This document shows positions 55,616 through 64,000 of a stretch of 64,000 nt of DNA, one piece after another. The DNA is from the human T2T-CHM13v2.0 reference genome, Homo sapiens. The notes beneath the pieces were generated by a model. That model saw only the letters and a program-made list of their open reading frames with translations, made no database searches and was not told the DNA's origin. The stretch is from the NCBI RefSeq assembly GCF_009914755.1, contig NC_060925.1. One strand, written 5' to 3'. Each line of letters begins with the position of its first letter. The first letter of the stretch is position 1. Both the position numbers and the translations under genes were made by a program.

Positions 55616-56220
55616 GAATAGATCAGACTCTTCGTTTCAGGACTTACCTACAGGAAGGTTATCTCCCCAGCAATTGTCCAAAGTTCTCGTCAGTGTTCTA
55701 TACATTGAGCTCCTTATTCCCTGTGGGGTCACAATGTAAGCCAGTCCCCATTGGATGGGTTGTGCTCTGCTGGACCGAGTAGATATCTGAACATGGTCTT
55801 ATGCAGGTGCTCTCCCAGCCGTAGGAACTTGGGATCATCTGAGGAAGAGCCATCTGGTCCCAAGTCAGGCACTGGGGTCATGCACCCTATTCTGAGTGGT
55901 AATAGGGAAACATTGGAGCCTGTTCTGTTTTCTCAGGAAAGTACATAAAGGGATTGGGGCCCAGGAGCAGCTTTGGCTGCGTGACTGCCTCTGTCCTTCA
56001 GCCAAGTGCAGGCACATGACTCCCCAGTTGTCTTAACTTTTTTGGTTGCCAGGGTCACAGGACGGGGCGGGGCGGGGCGGGGGGTACTCAATGAGTGGAG
56101 TGCCAATGTTCCAGTGAAAGGCGACATTTATGGACTTCTTTTTCTTTTTTTTAGCAGTGGCTATTTGTAGGAGGACTGTTACGGGCAGACCTCTGATGAG
56201 GCCTTTACTGGTTCCTATGA

Positions 56221-56352
<132 letters not shown>

Positions 56353-56541
56353 TAAGGTTTAAGGCCATGGTTTGAAGGGCCCAAGGCAAAGGTCTCATCT
56401 GGGAAAATAACCTTTCTCCCTGAGTTCTCTAACTTCCTTCTGATAATCTAGATCTACAGTGTTAACATCATCCCAGAGAAATAAGGTATGGATTTGTGGC
56501 TTTTATGTGGATTGCATCTTGTACATGAAAAATTGAAGTGG

Positions 56542-57097
<556 letters not shown>

Positions 57098-57849
57098 CTC
57101 CATATCTGAATGGGGGTGTTGTAGGATACCCTTTGGAGATGTGTCATCAGTTTTTAAAGTTTATATATATTATATGATATTTTACATATATTAATGCTTG
57201 TGTGTATATCATGCATATTATAGCATAACATATATATTACATATTGCATATTTTTATATCTATCTCTCTCTATATATAACATGCAAAGCCCTCAAGAACA
57301 TGCCTGACTCAGAGAAATGTCTGATCAATGCCAGCTGTTGTTACTATGGAAGCATTTGTTGGCAGTATGGTGTAGACTATAGATTAACTTGTCATGTGTG
57401 AGGTATATGAGCCATAACAAAACCAAGTCTATGTTGAAGAAAGATGGTGTACACATGGAAATCTGCAAGAATGTGGCCTCATGAAAGAGCATGCATTCAG
57501 GGCAGTTAACAGCTCTATTCACATAATACAGACCTGCAGCCAAGCAAATGGCACATTTAATGTGCATGGCACACTTAATACAGTGGTCTGTTTAATGTTT
57601 TGAGCCTTTCAGTTCCTTCAAGTGGGTTTCCCAGAATCCCCTTAATTCAGAGGCTGAAAACCACCTCTAGATATGGCATAAAAGTATTCTTCAGTTGGAA
57701 CAAAGTCCCACCTAGAAAAACATACAGAAGATCTACATATATATACATGTGTATGTTTGTATATGTTATCTCTGGTAGTAGGGTGATGCGTGATTTGCAT
57801 CCTTCCATCATTTTTTCTGATTTTTTGATTTAAAATAAGCACTTATGAC

Positions 57850-58142
57850 TTTTTTTTTGAGATGGAGTCTCTCGCTCTTGTTGCCCAGGCTGGAGTGCAG
57901 TGGCACGATCTCGGCTCACTGCAACCTCCCCCTTCCTGGGTTCAAGCAATTCTCCTGCCTCAGCCTCCTGAGTAGCTGGGATTACAGGCACCCGCCACCA
58001 CGCCCGGCTAATTTTTTTATTTTTAGTAGAGATGGGGATTCACCATGTTGGCCAGGCTGTTCTCAAACTCCTGATCTCCTGATCTACCCACCTTGGCCTC
58101 CCAAAGTGCTAGGATTACAGGCATGAGCTACCGCATCCAGCC
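57850..58142 (-). mobile_element. AluS
   Basis: TSD cacttatgactttt on both sides. Confidence 0.92.
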
Positions 58143-58660
58143 ACACTTATGACTTTTATAAAGAGAACAATCTCATGTTGGCCTCAAAGCAAGCAATGTC
58201 TGAAAGTGTCTTTGAGAGAAGCATGATTAGGTAGATGCAGGGAGTATATAGACATTTCTGTCTGTGCTTCTGCTGCCTCTTCCCTTCCCCTCGTTGCTCG
58301 TCGTGCCATATTCTGGCCAGGTCTTAACTGCCTCAAAAGGGGCCTATTCTTCTCACCAAATTTTGGGCTTAGCAAAATCTTCAGGTCACCTAGTCTAGCC
58401 CCTGATGGGAAGGCTGAATTCTGTTTATCCTATTTATCTACATTACTTGTCACACTACAGGCACTGAGGAAATGGTACAAACTTACTAGAAGTTCAGGAA
58501 ATTGTACTTCATCTTGGTTTTAAGGAGTAATTAATCTCCTACCATTTGGTTCCATAAACGTGGGTGTGACAGAGGAGGGGAGGAAGAGCAGCTGTGAGCC
58601 TGCAAGTCCCTGTAGAAATCCTTTTCCCTCTGATTCTTATTCTCAGATCTTCTTACCTAG

Positions 58661-58927
<267 letters not shown>

Positions 58928-59206
58928 TAGGCTTAGAGTTAGAAGGGCATGACTGAGGTCATATATTTTATCTCCTTACTTAAATCCCATTTGGACGTAG
59001 GCTGTGGTTTCATAGTCAGGCAAGTGCTCAAGGTGTGTTCTTGCTCACTGCGTCTAGCTCTGTGTTAAAGAGTAGATAACTTTGACCCATTTCTGCTGTG
59101 ATCATTCAACCATCAGATATTCATTGGGCACAACTTGTGTACTTAGCAATGTACAGGGTGCTCCAGTTAAAGTTCATTTCCTTTTGGGTTTATATTAACT
59201 ATGTAG

Positions 59207-59515
<309 letters not shown>

Positions 59516-59934
59516 TGAAGGCCCAGAAAAGCCAACAAGAGTTCAGGCAGGAACTCTCAGAAGTCACTATTTAGACAGTTTTATCTAGGAAACTACAACC
59601 AACAAGTAAAAACTCTGAGGAAGCTGACTCTATGGCCAGCCCGGGGGATCAGGGAGGACAATTGTACCCCTAATCAGGGGTTTCCTGCCTGATTCAGTAC
59701 CTGTGCCAATCATGGGACCCAAACCAATTTTTGAGCCAGCCTTTCTGGCACCTGGGGAAAGTAGGGCTAACAAGGACTCATTTTGTTCCTTTGTATATTT
59801 GCCTCCTGGGAAAAATAAATAGCTAACAACCCACTTCTTTGCTTTCTGCTTAGATCATTTGGTCAGCTATTCAGGAAAAGTTTTTCCCAAAATTTCTCTT
59901 GGCTTTCTCTCTTCTTGAGTACAAAAGTAGACAT

Positions 59935-60235
59935 TTCTTTCTTTTTTTTTTTTTGTGACACGGAGTCTCGCTCTGTGGCCCAGGCTGGAGTGCAGTGGCG
60001 TGATCCTGGCTCACTGCAACCTCTGCCTCCTGGGTTCAAGCAATTCTCTCCCTCAGCCTCCCGAGTAGCTGGGATTATAGGCACCTGCCACCACGCCTGG
60101 CTAATTTTTGTAGTTTTAGGGGAGATGGGGTTTCACCATCTTGGCCAGGCTGGTCTTGAACTCCTGACCTTGTGATCCACCCGCCTTGGCCACCCAAAGT
60201 GTTGGGATTACAGGCATGAGCCACCGTGCCCGGCC
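59935..60235 (-). mobile_element. AluS
   Basis: TSD gacatttcttt on both sides. Confidence 0.92.
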
Positions 60236-60518
60236 GACATTTCTTTTTCTTTCCTTCCTTCTACCCTTTTATTTTTCATGCAAGGTCTCCAGTCCCTTCA
60301 GTTTCCCTCCTTCTCTGCTTCCTGTTCCTTTTAGCCTCTTGACTTTCTTGACCTGTAAGTTCCCCCCAGTAGTAGGAGAATGTGGTAGCTTGAGCTAGAG
60401 AAGTTGCCTCTTTCCGGCAGTGGTCCTCACCCGGTGAGTCACAGACACTCTGTGACACTCTGGTCACAGGCAGCTGCAATACATGAAAGGACCCAGCACA
60501 GTGCCTGGCACGTACTAA

Positions 60519-60743
<225 letters not shown>

Positions 60744-61270
60744 TGACTGCCTAGACCCTTGCTGAGTGTTTAACTTTAATTTGGGGGAAGGATTGAATGT
60801 GATTTGGAGGGTCTAGGCATCATTTATCTTCCTTCCCTTGGGTCATTTTGGTTTCATTCAGCTTAGACAATCGAATGCCTCATTAATTGTTAAGATTCCC
60901 AGGGATAAGGGTGACAAGGCATCCTCTGTTCAGTATGTTTTAGAATCAACACAATCATTTTTACTTCTTTTTTTCCTTGTACTCTCTGAATCCCACCCCC
61001 ACATAAGTAAGTGGAGTCACCAAGTAAATATATGGGATAGGAATTATTTCCCTGTCATCTTGAGTGTTTTAGGCTATTTCCTTGTCTAAGTGGCTTCCAT
61101 ACTCTAGGGATGTGTGAGGCAAAAGTAAATAAAACTGAATGGCAGAGGTACAGGAAACCCCTAGGAGTCTCTTGTCTCACTGCCTGTATTAATCTGTGGG
61201 AAGAAAAAACACAACACACACAGGTTGAACTCACACTTCCTCTTCTTAACCTGTAGTTTTCTTGGTCTAA

Positions 61271-61705
<435 letters not shown>

Positions 61706-62327
61706 TAGAGTACTTTCTCCAGACAGCAGTGTGGGGCTCCCAGCAGCCACTGAGTCAATGACTTGCTGAGTTCACTCTGCTGCTACGAAAGCTTCCAATG
61801 GAGAGTGGCTGCTGCTGGTGCTCCTTGATCCTGCCTGGCTCAAGGGCCAGTGTCATGCTGACACTCCTGGCAGCATCAGGACAGTGGTTGAATATTCCCA
61901 GCCTGCCACGCTGCCTACTAGGAGGGTGGTATCTTAGGAGCAGCAGTTGTTTCTGGGTAAGGGCAGTAAGAAGGTGCCGTTGCCTTCTTCCATACTTCGC
62001 TTCCCGATCTTCGGGAGCTCCTGGGAAGCCTGCATTGTGGATGCTGAGCTCAGCATCCTGAGCTGCTGGGAAGCTGTTGTGGTCAGACCTTATTGGCCTT
62101 TGCTGTACCCAGGTGACCCCCTTCCATTGGGCTCTCTGGCTACAATACTTCCTGTTTTTGCCTGCGTGGAAGGATCTAAGATGGCCTTATTTCCTTCCTT
62201 AGCCACTCAGAAGGTTGGGTGGCTTTGTGGTCTGGGGTTTAAGGGAGGAGTTGTACAACTCTAAGAGGTGGTCAAAGTAAGGGAAACTCATTATGAGCTC
62301 TGTAGATTCTTTCTTCCACTAACTTGA

Positions 62328-62501
<174 letters not shown>

Positions 62502-62660
62502 TGAAGTTTGTCTAGAGTTCAGCTTCATTATCCCTATATACCAGGGAAGCTCCATCAGTGCCTTCTGTTTTGAAAGGGATGTATGCATGACTGTGTGTAT
62601 TGCAGAATGCGTACATTCCTTTGTGGTATACTTTCCCATAACTAAGGAATTTTCCATTGA

Positions 62661-62783
<123 letters not shown>

Positions 62784-63228
62784 TGAACACACCAGTTTCC
62801 CTGCCACCTTGAGTCTCTGAAGCTTTGACATCAAGAGACTGGGGTTTCTTTTATGTACAAAAGGGAAACAGATTCAGAACTTACGTCCAAACGTAGTTTG
62901 CTACGTCTGAAACTGATGTTGGAATTATTTTTTTTTTTAAATTAGTACCCCTTTCATGAGTCTTAACCTTGAATGTTGGCTCCTGGAAATCCAATTAAAT
63001 ATGGAAAGTGTTTGGCTGAAGTGAAATGCAAATTACTACCCCCCTCCAACCCCAAGTGTCCCTTTAGAAAGCAGAGTCCAGAGGAGCCTATAAGGTGGGG
63101 GTCAAGAGGTGTAGGTTTGTTCCTAGGTCTGTCACTGGTAATCTGTGTGGTCTTCAATAAGCCCCTTCCTTTCTTTGGGTCTTTTTCCTGCTTTGGAATG
63201 TTATGCTCAAGGAGCTTCTCCCTTTTAG

Positions 63229-63564
<336 letters not shown>

Positions 63565-64000
63565 CCGAAGACCCAAGTCAGCATTCCGGTGGTGTAACTG
63601 TGTGTTTCCCTCCAGCCCTGGCCTCCTGCCCTTGTCACTAATCACCAAGGAGTCATTAACTTCCTCCCTCTATGCCCACCCCTGACACTTCACCATTAAT
63701 CTTAACACAGAACATGAGGTTATGTGTTTATAGGACAACTTAAGCTGTTCTTCAGTTTGAAACATCTTTTCACCCAGGGGCAAGTTAGCAAATTGAGTCT
63801 TTTAGGACAGATTCTCAGATGGGATGATCTGGAGGAGGAGGAAAAAGATACGCTCCCTTGGGGCTGAGCATGCCCCACACTCTTGGATCTTCTCTCTGTT
63901 CCCTGGTGTCTTCACTAATGTCCTCATGTTGGTGAAGTGTTGGGGGATGGAGGGCGGGTGAGCAGTCGGGGGACAAAAAGTCTATTTTTCCTTCACTTTT

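Noticed and set aside
62875-62910. Three ACGT cores and a small hairpin (acgtag-tttg-ctacgt) in intron 14
   Set aside because: Not RCGTG HRE or CRE consensus; a 6-bp stem is expected by chance

Overview
Mammalian genomic DNA, almost certainly human chr1q32.1, recognised from the proteins and the Alu/L1PA content. It contains three spliced protein-coding genes whose exons I reassembled into intact reading frames. (1) C1orf116/SARG, minus strand, 601 aa, three coding exons (18789-18685, 16255-16078, 14671-13149). (2) YOD1/OTUD2 deubiquitinase, minus strand, 348 aa in two exons, plus a 304-aa alternative-N-terminus form. (3) PFKFB2, the heart-type 6-phosphofructo-2-kinase/fructose-2,6-bisphosphatase, plus strand, 505 aa in 14 coding exons (45909-63564). 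YOD1 and PFKFB2 share a CpG-rich bidirectional promoter. The rest is introns, long 3'UTRs and repeats (about 15 Alus, L1, L2, MIR, MaLR LTRs, MER DNA transposons, a U13 snoRNA retrocopy). I see no convincing novel multi-gene system. The most notable sub-genic signals are: an androgen-response/forkhead/AP-1 motif cluster built inside a MIR remnant; a MIR-derived poly(A) signal; candidate far-upstream PFKFB2 exons that would nest YOD1 antisense inside a PFKFB2 intron; a near-perfect ~100-bp tandem duplication in the YOD1 3'UTR; and several local templated copy-insertions. Repeat subfamily names were assigned by eye and are approximate.
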